From the IMG/VR virus record IMGVR_UViG_2690316325_000003: a stretch of 10,693 nt of DNA, one strand, 5' to 3'. The stretch is from a virus. Taxonomy: Duplodnaviria > Heunggongvirae > Uroviricota > Caudoviricetes. The notes below the pieces were generated by a model that searched no databases, was not told the DNA's origin, and saw nothing but the letters and a program-made list of their open reading frames with translations. Positions 1 through 8,373 of this stretch are shown here, piece by piece (the first letter of the stretch is position 1; each line of letters starts with the position of its first letter). The position numbers were made by a program, and so were the translations under genes.

Positions 1-98
<98 letters not shown>

Positions 99-99
99 C

Positions 100-399
100 T
101 CAGAACTCCATCTGGATTTGTTCAGAACGCTCGGTCTTGCACACCGGGCGTTTTTTCTTTGTGATTTCATCAAGCGCATACTTAAAAGCCCTGCTAATCG
201 GGCTGATGTCTGATGCCATTCCGAAAGCACACAAGACCGAAGCAATAAATCTCCAGTCCGTTCTGCTTATCTTCGATTCATGACAGCCAATCATCTTTGC
301 CAGACCGCGCTGTGTAAGCGTTGACAGGTTAATGAGTAAATATGTTTCTGCGCGATCAACGTCGCGCTGTGATAGTTTGCTGTAACTTGTTTGTTCCAT
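100..399 (-). CDS. cII: CII-like transcriptional activator (lambda cII family), 99 aa
   Basis: C-terminus ...KKRPVCKTERSEQIQMEF closely matches lambda CII C-terminus (...KKRPAATERSEQIQMEF) as I recall it; N-terminal two thirds diverged. Lies downstream of cro on the same strand, as in lambda. Stop codon is one base from the left repeat. Confidence 0.85.
   Translation of the reverse strand: MEQTSYSKLSQRDVDRAETYLLINLSTLTQRGLAKMIGCHESKISRTDWRFIASVLCAFGMASDISPISRAFKYALDEITKKKRPVCKTERSEQIQMEF
128..156 (+). terminator. oop-like intrinsic terminator hairpin, antisense to the cII 3' end
   Basis: Stem cgctcgg / ccgggcg (7 bp, one G-U) with 9-nt loop followed by TTTTTTCTTT on the plus strand; in lambda the oop antisense RNA ends at the equivalent position inside cII. 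Confidence 0.45.
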
Positions 400-484
400 T
401 TCTTAAGATTTCCAGTAGTGAATAGTTAGTTGAAAGGTATGCGTGGAAACGCATATGGCCTTAGTTGGTCAGATATCTTGGGAC

Positions 485-530
485 TCGCTTTGTCAGCGAC
501 GTAGGACGAATGTCCATTGTGAAAATAGCG
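485..530 (-). promoter_or_regulatory. nutR-like site: boxA-like CGCTATTTT (522..530) and P22-type boxB hairpin tcgc-tgacaaa-gcga (485..499)
   Basis: Read on the minus strand just downstream of the cro stop; boxB loop GACAAA is the P22 type and matches the nutL boxB at 2677..2691. A separate 7-bp palindrome with GGAA loop lies at 438..455. Confidence 0.5.
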
Positions 531-537
531 GTGTTAC

Positions 538-747
<210 letters not shown>

Positions 748-762
748 TTAGTACATGCAACC

Positions 763-832
763 ATTATCACCGCTAGAGGTAAAATAGTCAACACGCACGG
801 TGTTAGATATTTATCCCTTGCGGTGATAGATT
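763..832. promoter_or_regulatory. OR region: OR1 (765..781), OR2 (789..805), OR3 (812..828); PR on minus strand (-10 at 763..768, -35 at 786..791); PRM on plus strand (-35 tagata 804..809, -10 tagatt 827..832)
   Basis: Three 17-bp operators tatcaccgctagaggta / caacacgcacggtgtta / tatcccttgcggtgata match lambda OR1-3 with one change in OR1. The cI ATG at 839 sits at the expected leaderless PRM start. Confidence 0.9.
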
Positions 833-835
833 TAA

Positions 836-1552
<717 letters not shown>

Positions 1553-1559
1553 CACGTAA

Positions 1560-1997
1560 ATGATTAAAGAACGTATTTCTTATATCATTCCGATTGCGAT
1601 GGATGAAGGCAACCCAGTAACTCCAGTTCTTATCTATGAAATGGATAAAGACTCCCATGAAGTGGATCTATCATTTGGCGCTTTTTTTATCGGCCTTAAG
1701 GCTACAAAAAAATATTCCATAGGCATTGAGGTTTTCAATGCTCAAGAAATACCGATACCAATTGACACAAAACTGTACTCCAACCATAAGTTTTTTACGG
1801 TAGCAGAAGCCAACGATGGAGAAACCATCGTATCAACTTCTATGAGAATTAACTTCCCAAGGGTGAAAATTATCAAGCCTGGGATATTCGAAGTTAGAGC
1901 ATCTCTGGTTAATCCTGATAAAGGCGAAGTAATTGATGTAAAAAGTTCGTTTTTTGACGTGAAGATAACAGGATCAGTTCGCGATGAGTTTAGATAA
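1560..1997 (+). CDS. Hypothetical protein, 145 aa, soluble; first gene of the rex-slot cassette
   Basis: Intact ORF starting 7 nt after the cI stop, in the position lambda rexA occupies but with no resemblance to RexA as I recall it; no recognisable motifs; looks AT-richer than cI by eye (not computed). Confidence 0.7.
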   Translation: MIKERISYIIPIAMDEGNPVTPVLIYEMDKDSHEVDLSFGAFFIGLKATKKYSIGIEVFNAQEIPIPIDTKLYSNHKFFTVAEANDGETIVSTSMRINFPRVKIIKPGIFEVRASLVNPDKGEVIDVKSSFFDVKITGSVRDEFR

Positions 1998-2355
1998 CAA
2001 GGTTGCTCAGCTTCGTCCAAATCAAAACATATCTCGCCCAATTGGACACTATTCCACTGATGATGCATACTCACGGCATGGTGGAGGAAACGGCGGAGGT
2101 AACATGCTTGAGGCTAGAGTTGCAAAGCTAGAGTCTGATGTTGAATACATCAAGCGCGATCTCGCTGAAGTAAAGTCAGATATAAAATCTGTAGATTCTC
2201 GTCTGTCAGGTATTGAGACAAGCATTAGCTCAGCAAAAATCACCATCAAGGCATCTGCGGTCGTTGTCAGTTTCGTGTTCGCATTTTGCGCCTACATTTT
2301 TGGAAGTTATGTTTCCAAAATCCTTGATGCCTTAAACGGACTCGTTCTTAAGTAA
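1984..2355 (+). CDS. Hypothetical membrane-anchored coiled-coil protein, 123 aa; second gene of the rex-slot cassette
   Basis: ATG overlaps the end of the upstream ORF by 14 nt (translational coupling). Gly-rich N-terminal stretch (HGGGNGGGN), heptad-like segment LEARVAKLESDVEYIKRDLAEVKSDIKSVDSRL, and one hydrophobic C-terminal helix ASAVVVSFVFAFCAYIFGSYV. Architecture resembles XhlA-type small membrane proteins; not RexB-like. Confidence 0.7.
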   Translation: MSLDNKVAQLRPNQNISRPIGHYSTDDAYSRHGGGNGGGNMLEARVAKLESDVEYIKRDLAEVKSDIKSVDSRLSGIETSISSAKITIKASAVVVSFVFAFCAYIFGSYVSKILDALNGLVLK

Positions 2356-2362
2356 CACACAA

Positions 2363-2389
2363 CCCGGCCTCAGCGCCGGGTTTTCTTTG
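2363..2389 (+). terminator. Rho-independent terminator after the cassette (lambda timm-like position)
   Basis: Stem cccggc / gccggg (6 bp), 6-nt loop, followed by TTTTCTTTG. Confidence 0.6.
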
Positions 2390-2545
2390 CCTCACGATCC
2401 CCTTCACCCAATAACACATAACCAATTGTATTTATTTGAAAATTAATAGATACAACTCACTAAACATCGCAATTCAGATCTCTCGATCACCTCCCAAGCC
2501 ACACCCCCCTGCAAAAAAATAAATCTATATAAAAAACATACAGAT

Positions 2546-2608
2546 AACCATCTGCGGTGATAAATTATCTCTGGCGGTGTTGACATAAATACCACTGGCG
2601 GTGATACT
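2546..2608 (+). promoter_or_regulatory. OL3 (2546..2562), OL2 (2566..2582), OL1 (2590..2606) with PL (-35 ttgaca 2580..2585, -10 gatact 2603..2608) firing rightward
   Basis: Sequence aaccatctgcggtgataaattatctctggcggtgttgacataaataccactggcggtgatact matches the lambda OL/PL region as I recall it; similarity to lambda fades about 20 nt downstream. Confidence 0.9.
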
Positions 2609-2676
2609 AAACACATCAGCAGGACGCACTACTCACCAGGGCGGTGAATATACAACGATTCGAATATGAATCTACG

Positions 2677-2691
2677 GCGCTGACAAAGCGC
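2677..2691 (+). promoter_or_regulatory. nutL boxB hairpin, P22 type (gcgc-tgacaaa-gcgc)
   Basis: Exact gcgctgacaaagcgc in the PL leader, identical to the P22 boxB RNA as I recall it; no convincing boxA seen just upstream. Confidence 0.55.
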
Positions 2692-2856
2692 AATAACCAA
2701 AGTGAACTTTGGGGTGTGGTGAAGGGTTCATGGACGGGAATATGTCGCACGTAAAGCGGCGAGGCCTGCGGGACTATTGCCGAATTGAAGTAGGCCGAAA
2801 CAGGTCGAAATGGGTCTCCCACCTACCACACCACCAAAGTTCATCAGGAGGTCTAT

Positions 2857-3240
2857 ATGACACGCAGAACTCAGTTCAAAGGCAATTCACGTTCTCGTCG
2901 TCGTGAGCGTTTAAAGGCAAAGGCATTAGCTAACGGCGTACTGGCCCGCGAAGAAGCAATAAGTTCAGAAGTATTACACCGCCCTACTCTAAGCAGAGCG
3001 CAGATTCAGGCTAAAGGTACTCACGAAACGCCTGAGCGCATAGAAGACGCTAAGCCAATTAAGTTCATGGCACAGGACGTGATCTGGCAACAGAAAGAAT
3101 ACAGACGCAATCTGGAGCGAGCGGCCATTGTGTACGCGAATGAGTTTGGACATAAGCAACCAGAAACTGGTGTATGTCTTCCAAACGTAGCTCTTTACGC
3201 GGCAGGCTACAGGAAATCAAAACAACTGACAGCGAGATGA
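2857..3240 (+). CDS. N: N-like transcription antiterminator (P22 gp24-like), 127 aa
   Basis: First gene after PL/nutL with strong RBS (aggagg); N-terminal arginine-rich motif RRTQFKGNSRSRRRERLKAKA typical of N-family boxB-binding peptides. Confidence 0.8.
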   Translation: MTRRTQFKGNSRSRRRERLKAKALANGVLAREEAISSEVLHRPTLSRAQIQAKGTHETPERIEDAKPIKFMAQDVIWQQKEYRRNLERAAIVYANEFGHKQPETGVCLPNVALYAAGYRKSKQLTAR

Positions 3241-3277
3241 CGATACCCCGCCAACTAGGGCACTAACCGACAGGAGC

Positions 3278-3421
3278 ATGACCATGAATAACGATAACGA
3301 AGCACTTAAAGAAATGATTGCGAAACTTCTTGAAGATGCCCGCCGCCTTCAGGTAGTGGAGCCAAACGCAGGGACACAATCACGCATTGATGAAGCGATG
3401 AAATTGCTCAAAGCAGAATAA
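3278..3421 (+). CDS. Small hypothetical protein, 47 aa
   Basis: Below the ORF-track size cutoff; preceded by caggag RBS; fills the gap between N and the next gene. Start could be 3284. Confidence 0.35.
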   Translation: MTMNNDNEALKEMIAKLLEDARRLQVVEPNAGTQSRIDEAMKLLKAE

Positions 3422-3455
3422 GCTCAGGCAGCAAACCACTTATTTGAGGTGAGAT

Positions 3456-3707
3456 ATGGAATTTCATGAAAGTGCGATTTATGATTTTCGCGCTAACGCA
3501 AATTCAGTAAAACCACTGCCAATTGCAGTTCTTTTTAAAACAATGGGGGCGTGGGCTGTTTTATGCTTCGCCTCTGATGACACTGACGCAAGAATGGCAA
3601 TAAGCCAAGAGATGGAGATGGACCCGACAAACGATGAATTCATAATTTATGGCGCTCCATCTAATTACTTACTTGATACCTGCAACATTTACAACAAGGC
3701 TGCCTGA
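3456..3707 (+). CDS. Hypothetical protein, 83 aa
   Basis: RBS gaggtgag upstream of the ATG; same strand as the PL operon; no recognisable family. Confidence 0.55.
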   Translation: MEFHESAIYDFRANANSVKPLPIAVLFKTMGAWAVLCFASDDTDARMAISQEMEMDPTNDEFIIYGAPSNYLLDTCNIYNKAA

Positions 3708-3765
3708 TGGTGGCCTTTATTTTTGTCCGTAAATAATTTCATGCTTATTACAATCAAGGTGATAT

Positions 3766-4215
3766 ATGGAAGAACAAGCAAACAAGATTCTCGTAGAACT
3801 ACTGCAAAAAGCCAGTAATGGAATAGACGCGGCTGTTTCATTTAGCCAGGCACAGATTCCTGATGTTGTTCATCAGTTGCTGCTATGGAATATGGTTGAC
3901 AGTCTGATTAAAACATTAATAGCCATTCTAACAATCCCACTGGTTTTCTGGTTTATGAAGAAGCAGTGCCAAAGAGTTGAGACAGGTAAAATCGGTGATG
4001 AAGGATACTCATGTGAGAGGGGAAATCCCAAATACAGGCCGACAATGGTTTGGGATAGCAAAGGAGATATTAACCTTCTTATCGTGCCATTGGTTGGAGT
4101 TTTGACTCTGTGGGGGATTTTTATTATTGGTGTAGTAACCAATATGACTTGGTTAAAAATTTGGCTGGCCCCAAAACTTTACCTTATCGAATATGCAGCA
4201 TCATTGGTTAAGTAA
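3766..4215 (+). CDS. Hypothetical inner-membrane protein, 149 aa (2-3 predicted TM segments)
   Basis: RBS aaggtga; hydrophobic stretches LIKTLIAILTIPLVFWF and LLIVPLVGVLTLWGIFIIGVV; lies where lambdoid phages often carry sieB-type exclusion genes (positional inference only). Confidence 0.65.
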   Translation: MEEQANKILVELLQKASNGIDAAVSFSQAQIPDVVHQLLLWNMVDSLIKTLIAILTIPLVFWFMKKQCQRVETGKIGDEGYSCERGNPKYRPTMVWDSKGDINLLIVPLVGVLTLWGIFIIGVVTNMTWLKIWLAPKLYLIEYAASLVK

Positions 4216-4272
4216 TTTCAGGCCGTATAATCGTCCTTCATTTTTGGCATAAACAACAGAATAAATACTGCA

Positions 4273-4304
4273 CTGTGTATTCATTCCAACGAGTGAATAC
4301 ACGG
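4273..4304. repeat. Intergenic near-perfect inverted repeat (hairpin, 12-14 bp stem, loop caac)
   Basis: gtgtattcattc-caac-gagtgaatacac with one G-T pair, extendable by two flanking pairs; no T-run follows, so not a classical intrinsic terminator. Confidence 0.5.
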
Positions 4305-4403
4305 AGCAATGTCGCTCGTAACTAAACAGGAGCCGACTTGTTCTGATTATTGGAAATCTTCTTTGCCCTCCAATGTGAGGGCGATTTTTTTGACGGAGGA
4401 ATT

Positions 4404-4820
4404 ATGGAAATTACAGATATTCTGGTTAATCCAGATAATTACGACCGATTCAATATCTCTACTCAATCAGTTGATTTGGGTTGCGCAACTGTCAGCGCAT
4501 GGCTACTTAATGGTAAACAGTTGGATAAATGCCTTGATGCACATATGACGGTTAACAGCTTCCTTGCAGAAAAAACACACTGGCAAGATGCTGGAGGGAA
4601 ATATGCTGGATGGCTTGAAAGCATGGGATTTGAATATCAATCTGATGAAGGTTGGTGGAGCCTTATAGCTGTAACGCCTGAGACAATAGAATGCTTCGTT
4701 AAATACTCAAACGACGATGACTATAAACACCAGGTGGATTCTGCGATAGAAAGATACAAAAGAAAATCGTTCAACCACGAAATATCATCAGTTCTTGATT
4801 TCATAGAAATCTTCAAATAA
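4404..4820 (+). CDS. Hypothetical acidic protein, 138 aa
   Basis: The ORF track starts at 4350, but the in-frame ATG at 4404 has a strong RBS (gacggagga) and is the more likely start; Asp/Glu-rich, no recognisable motif. Confidence 0.6.
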   Translation: MEITDILVNPDNYDRFNISTQSVDLGCATVSAWLLNGKQLDKCLDAHMTVNSFLAEKTHWQDAGGKYAGWLESMGFEYQSDEGWWSLIAVTPETIECFVKYSNDDDYKHQVDSAIERYKRKSFNHEISSVLDFIEIFK

Positions 4821-4903
4821 GCCGCCAAGCGCGGCTTTACCGCATACCAATAATGCTTCACGAGAGGCATTTTCGTTATGCAATCAAATATAAGGAGTTA
4901 CCC

Positions 4904-5038
4904 ATGATGCACTTTCAGCTCGCGGGTAGCGGCGTCATGTCCGCTTTCTACCCGCACGAATCTGAATTATCACGCCGAGTTAAACAATTAATCAGAGCAG
5001 CAAAGAAACAACTGGAGGCGTTATGCGCAATGAAATAG
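4904..5038 (+). CDS. cIII: CIII-like small protein, 45 aa (possible FtsH inhibitor)
   Basis: Likely start at ATG 4904 (RBS taaggag), not 4853; segment LAGSGVMSAFYPHESELSRRVKQL loosely resembles the lambda CIII core (IAGWPVAGCPSESLLERITRKL) as I recall it; sits immediately upstream of a kil-like ORF as in lambda. Confidence 0.5.
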   Translation: MMHFQLAGSGVMSAFYPHESELSRRVKQLIRAAKKQLEALCAMK

Positions 5039-5175
5039 CCATCAATCACCAGATGCTTCGTGCTGCACAAAACAAAGCAGTAATAGCCAGATTTATTGGT
5101 GATTCCAAAATGTGGCTTGAAGCAAATAAAGCGATGAAATCAGCTATCAACCTTCCGTGGTATCGCAGGAAATGA
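5023..5175 (+). CDS. kil: Kil-like small protein, 50 aa
   Basis: Below ORF-track cutoff; RBS ggagg; overlaps the end of the cIII-like ORF; motif ARFIGDSKMWLEANKAMK resembles lambda Kil as I recall it (unverified) and the position matches. Confidence 0.4.
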   Translation: MRNEIAINHQMLRAAQNKAVIARFIGDSKMWLEANKAMKSAINLPWYRRK

Positions 5176-5250
5176 GTTTTACAGATAACTGGTCAGACGA
5201 AGAATTCATTCGTCAGATGAAAGAATTAATCGGTAACGAAGGAGATATTC

Positions 5251-5421
5251 ATGTCACTTGCAACCACAGTGAAGGAGAGCAAGTTACAGAGACGCATGTA
5301 CACGCAGAAAGCTCTCTGGTATCGCCATAATGGTGACCGCGAAGGAATGCGGGTATGCCTTAACTTGTCCCGAGTCGAAGTATTAAATCAGCGTTATTTC
5401 CTTGTGCCGTGTCCATTCTGA
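5251..5421 (+). CDS. Small hypothetical protein, 56 aa
   Basis: Strong RBS aaggag 7 nt upstream; stop lies 8 nt before the next gene. An alternative overlapping ORF 5172..5330 (52 aa, other frame, ATGA overlap with the kil-like stop) cannot be excluded. Confidence 0.4.
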   Translation: MSLATTVKESKLQRRMYTQKALWYRHNGDREGMRVCLNLSRVEVLNQRYFLVPCPF

Positions 5422-5429
5422 GGTGAATT

Positions 5430-6128
5430 ATGGATTTGAATAAATTCGATGAGCCATTCAGCCCCGAAGATATCGAATGGCGAATACAGCAAAGCGGTAA
5501 AACACGCGATGGCAAGGTGTGGGCTATGGTGCTGGCTTATGTCACGAACCGGGCAATCATGAAACGCCTGGACGATGTTTGCGGCAAAGCAGGATGGCGC
5601 AATGAATACCGCGATATTCCCAACAACGGCGGAGTTGAATGCGGCATATCAATCAAGATTGATTCCGAATGGGTAACCAAATGGGATGCTGCTGAAAACA
5701 CGCAGGTAGAAGCCGTCAAAGGTGGTCGTTCCGGTGCAATGAAGCGTGCTGCCGTTCAATGGGGAATCGGTCGGTATCTGTATAACCTTGAGGAAGGTTT
5801 CGCACAAACATCTCTCGATAAAAAGCAGGGATGGCACAGGGCAAAACTGAAAGATGGAACAGGATTTTACTGGTCCCCTCCATCGCTGCCGGGATGGGCA
5901 ATCCCAGCATCAGATAACAAACCATCACCAGAAAATACCAACCAGAAATCTCCATCGGTTGACTGCGAACAAATCCTGAAAGACTTCAGCGATTATGCGT
6001 CAACAGAAACTGACAAGAAAAAACTCATCGAGCGTTATCAGCGTGACTGGCAATTAATGGCTGGCAACGAGGAAGCGCAGGCTAAATGCGTTCAGGTAAT
6101 GAACATCAGAGTTAACGAACTAAAATAG
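5430..6128 (+). CDS. Single-strand annealing protein, Rad52/Sak-like recombinase, 232 aa
   Basis: Central region GGVECGISIKIDSEWVTKWDAAENTQVEAVKGGRSGAMKRAAVQWGIGRYLYNLE is typical of Rad52-family phage annealing proteins; C-terminal ~55 aa (...TETDKKKLIERYQRDWQL...CVQVMNIRVNELK) may resemble the P22 Erf C-terminal domain (recollection, unverified). Confidence 0.8.
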   Translation: MDLNKFDEPFSPEDIEWRIQQSGKTRDGKVWAMVLAYVTNRAIMKRLDDVCGKAGWRNEYRDIPNNGGVECGISIKIDSEWVTKWDAAENTQVEAVKGGRSGAMKRAAVQWGIGRYLYNLEEGFAQTSLDKKQGWHRAKLKDGTGFYWSPPSLPGWAIPASDNKPSPENTNQKSPSVDCEQILKDFSDYASTETDKKKLIERYQRDWQLMAGNEEAQAKCVQVMNIRVNELK

Positions 6129-6137
6129 GCGGCATAA

Positions 6138-6599
6138 ATGGCAAGCAGAGGCGTAAATAAGGTGATTATCCTTGGTCGGGTAGGACAAGACCCGGAAGTT
6201 CGATACTCACCATCAGGTACAGCGTTCGCTAACCTGACAATAGCCACGTCAGAACAATGGCGAGATAAAAATACTGGCGAGCAAAAGGAATTGACTGAAT
6301 GGCATCGTGTTGCTGTATCCGGGAAACTGGCTGAGGTCGTGGGGCAGTATGTGAAAAAAGGTGATCAGATTTATTTCGAGGGAATGCTGAGAACCAGAAA
6401 GTGGAAAGACCAGTCAGGGCAAGACCGTTACACAACCGAGGTTCATGTCGGAATTAATGGCGTGATGCAAATGCTTGGCGGCATTGGCGACAGCAAACAA
6501 CAAGCAGCCAGCAGGCAATCACAGAAGCCACAGCAGCAATCATCACCAGCACAACACAACGAACCTCCTATGAACTTCGACGATGAGATCCCATTTTAA
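6138..6599 (+). CDS. ssb: Single-stranded DNA-binding protein, 153 aa
   Basis: OB-fold N-domain closely matching E. coli SSB ([10 protein letters not shown]..., ...TEWHRV..., ...[12 protein letters not shown]...), Gln/Pro-rich linker, acidic tail [11 protein letters not shown]. Confidence 0.92.
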   Translation: MASRGVNKVIILGRVGQDPEVRYSPSGTAFANLTIATSEQWRDKNTGEQKELTEWHRVAVSGKLAEVVGQYVKKGDQIYFEGMLRTRKWKDQSGQDRYTTEVHVGINGVMQMLGGIGDSKQQAASRQSQKPQQQSSPAQHNEPPMNFDDEIPF

Positions 6600-6614
6600 T
6601 CATTGGGAGAAAAT

Positions 6615-7082
6615 ATGATCACTTGCAAAAAATGTGGAGAGAATAAACCACCTAATGGTTTTTATCCTAGAAATAAGGTGTGCAAGGAATGCACTAAAAA
6701 ACGAGTAACTGAATATCAAAAAGGAATAGGAAAGCTAATACATAATAATGCTTGCAAAAAATATAACAAAAGCGAAAAGGGCAAGGTTGCATTAAGCAAA
6801 GCAAGAGAGAACTATCTGGAATCTCATCGCCAAAGACAGCAAGCAAGATGGTCAGTCAAACGGGCAATTAAATCTGGTAAGTTATGTAGACCAACAACGT
6901 GTCAGAAATGCAACAGCAAATGCCACCCAGACGCTCACCACTGCGATTACAGTAAACCTCTTGAAGTGATGTGGCTATGCAAAGCATGTCATGTTGAATG
7001 GCACAAGCACAACAAGCCAATATATCCAGACGAGGAACCAGTAACTCTCCCCTTCCCTCGTCACGCTATTAACGCAATTTAA
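6615..7082 (+). CDS. Cys-rich HNH-type endonuclease-like protein, 155 aa
   Basis: Likely start ATG 6615 (RBS gggaga) rather than TTG 6603; N-terminal CxxC...CxxC zinc ribbon (CKKCGEN...CKEC) and C-terminal HNH-like motif HPDAHHCDYSKPLEVMWLCKACHVEWHKHN. Confidence 0.7.
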   Translation: MITCKKCGENKPPNGFYPRNKVCKECTKKRVTEYQKGIGKLIHNNACKKYNKSEKGKVALSKARENYLESHRQRQQARWSVKRAIKSGKLCRPTTCQKCNSKCHPDAHHCDYSKPLEVMWLCKACHVEWHKHNKPIYPDEEPVTLPFPRHAINAI

Positions 7083-7095
7083 TCAGGAGAAAAAC

Positions 7096-7392
7096 ATGCC
7101 AGCGCCTTTGTATGGTGCGGATGACGCGCGCCGCTGTTCCGGCAATTCCGTATCGGAGGTGCTGGATAAATTCAGAAAAAACTACGATCGAATAATGTCT
7201 CTACCGCAGGAAACGAAAGAGGAAAAGGAATTTCGCCACTGTATATGGCTTGCAGAGAAAGAAGAACGCGAGCGAATTTACCAGACATCAATCCGACCAT
7301 TCCGCAAAGCCACATATACCCACTTCCCTGAATATATCGACCCGCGCCTGCGTAATTACCGCTCACGCTATGGCGCTATCAGTAATGACTGA
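7096..7392 (+). CDS. Hypothetical protein, 98 aa
   Basis: Strong RBS (aggaga) 6 nt upstream of the ATG; no recognisable motif. Confidence 0.6.
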   Translation: MPAPLYGADDARRCSGNSVSEVLDKFRKNYDRIMSLPQETKEEKEFRHCIWLAEKEERERIYQTSIRPFRKATYTHFPEYIDPRLRNYRSRYGAISND

Positions 7393-7402
7393 GGAATTTA
7401 CC

Positions 7403-7570
7403 ATGAGAGGACTTGCATACAATCCCGGCATTCTTCCGGCAGAAATGATTATTCGCCAGCGCGTAAAGCCAATGCCATCGAGAGAGGAATTGCTTAAGAG
7501 AAATTCTTTTCCGTCAGTGAATCAAAACAAATATCTGAATGCGATGTGGCGCAAAGGAGGCAACCAGTGA
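7403..7570 (+). CDS. Small hypothetical protein, 55 aa
   Basis: RBS gagga upstream of ATG 7403; in frame with track ORF 7250..7570, whose upstream part overlaps the previous gene; stop overlaps the next gene's GTG (GTGA). Confidence 0.4.
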   Translation: MRGLAYNPGILPAEMIIRQRVKPMPSREELLKRNSFPSVNQNKYLNAMWRKGGNQ

Positions 7571-8373
7571 GCAAGATTGACTATCAGGTACTGCGTGCCA
7601 AGGCAGAAAAAGCAACGTGTGGTGTATGGTCGCTCGAATATGGAGAGGGCCGATTTGATGGTGATGATGCACTAATTCATCGCGAGGCTGCTGGATATAT
7701 TCCCATTTGCAGAATTGAAGGAGCGCATCCAGAAAGCGGTTTCGATGAAGATTTCCAAATGGAACAGCAGGCCAATGCTGAATTCATCGCCGCAGCCAAT
7801 CCGGCTACCGTCTTGGCGCTGCTTGGCGAGCTGGAAGCAGCAGAGAACAACCTTATTGATAGTGAATGCCATGTTGCTGAACTGGAAGAAGCGCTACGCG
7901 ATAAGCAGGCGTTACTTGAAGCATCAGAAAAGCGCATAGCAGAACTGGAAGCCGAACTCGTAAGCCAAACTTACAAGTTGCCAGAATTAATCGAGGGCAT
8001 GGAAGTTTCCATTGATGTAAGCACTTGTGATGCTGATTTAGGTAATCGCTATTTCGGCACCGTCACCGAGGCGTTAGAACTTGATACTGCCAAGAATGGT
8101 TACATCCTCCTGGTTCAGGACGCAGAGCCAAACTTCGATGTAAATGGCAACTCTCCGGTAACTCCGGATGGTTGGATAAGCTGTAGTGATCGAATGCCGG
8201 ATGATGGTCAGCACGTAATTATTTTATGTGATGGCGCATTCGTTCTTTATGCGCAATATCGAGACAGTGAGTTTTTTGATGTTGTCCGCAATGGTGAGGA
8301 GTTCTTCGAAACGCAGAGCCGCAATGTAACCCACTGGATGCCGCTACCGGAACCGCCGCAGGAGGTAAAGTGA
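7567..8373 (+). CDS. Ea22-like / DUF551-like two-domain protein, ~268 aa
   Basis: Likely GTG start at 7567 (RBS aaggagg) rather than 7546; N-terminus [20 protein letters not shown] and central coiled coil resemble prophage ead/Ea22-family proteins; C-terminal ...[19 protein letters not shown]...[10 protein letters not shown] resembles DUF551 (recollection). Confidence 0.65.
   Translation: MSKIDYQVLRAKAEKATCGVWSLEYGEGRFDGDDALIHREAAGYIPICRIEGAHPESGFDEDFQMEQQANAEFIAAANPATVLALLGELEAAENNLIDSECHVAELEEALRDKQALLEASEKRIAELEAELVSQTYKLPELIEGMEVSIDVSTCDADLGNRYFGTVTEALELDTAKNGYILLVQDAEPNFDVNGNSPVTPDGWISCSDRMPDDGQHVIILCDGAFVLYAQYRDSEFFDVVRNGEEFFETQSRNVTHWMPLPEPPQEVK

Noticed and set aside
1742-2249. Minus-strand ORFs 1742..2074 and 2049..2249 inside the rex-slot cassette
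   Set aside because: Antisense to two coupled plus-strand genes that fit the operon context; no promoter or RBS evidence.
1560-2355. rexA and rexB themselves
   Set aside because: Given the lambda-like cI and OL/PL I expected RexA (~279 aa) and RexB (~144 aa, multi-TM); the two ORFs present differ in size and sequence from my recollection of both, so I did not call them rex.
2616-2906. ORFs 2616..2822(-) and 2709..2906(+) between PL and N
   Set aside because: They fall in the PL leader containing the nutL boxB and overlap the N start; the region is better explained as an untranslated regulatory leader.
3873-4548. ORFs 3873..4142(-) and 4309..4548(+)
   Set aside because: The first is antisense within the membrane-protein gene; the second overlaps the better-supported 4404..4820 gene in another frame and spans the intergenic hairpin.
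5172-5330. Alternative 52-aa ORF (MSFTDNWSDEEF...) overlapping the kil-like stop
   Set aside because: Not excluded, but it overlaps 5251..5421 in a different frame and has a weaker RBS; kept as an unresolved alternative rather than a feature.
5537-6435. Minus-strand ORFs 5537..5719, 5649..5837, 5716..5955 and 6229..6435
   Set aside because: Antisense within the recombinase and ssb genes, both of which have strong homology support.
7172-7939. ORFs 7172..7366(-), the 7250 start of 7250..7570(+), 7672..7872(-), 7677..7937(-), 7715..7939(+)
   Set aside because: Antisense or alternative-frame ORFs inside better-supported plus-strand genes; the 7250 frame is used only from the ATG at 7403.
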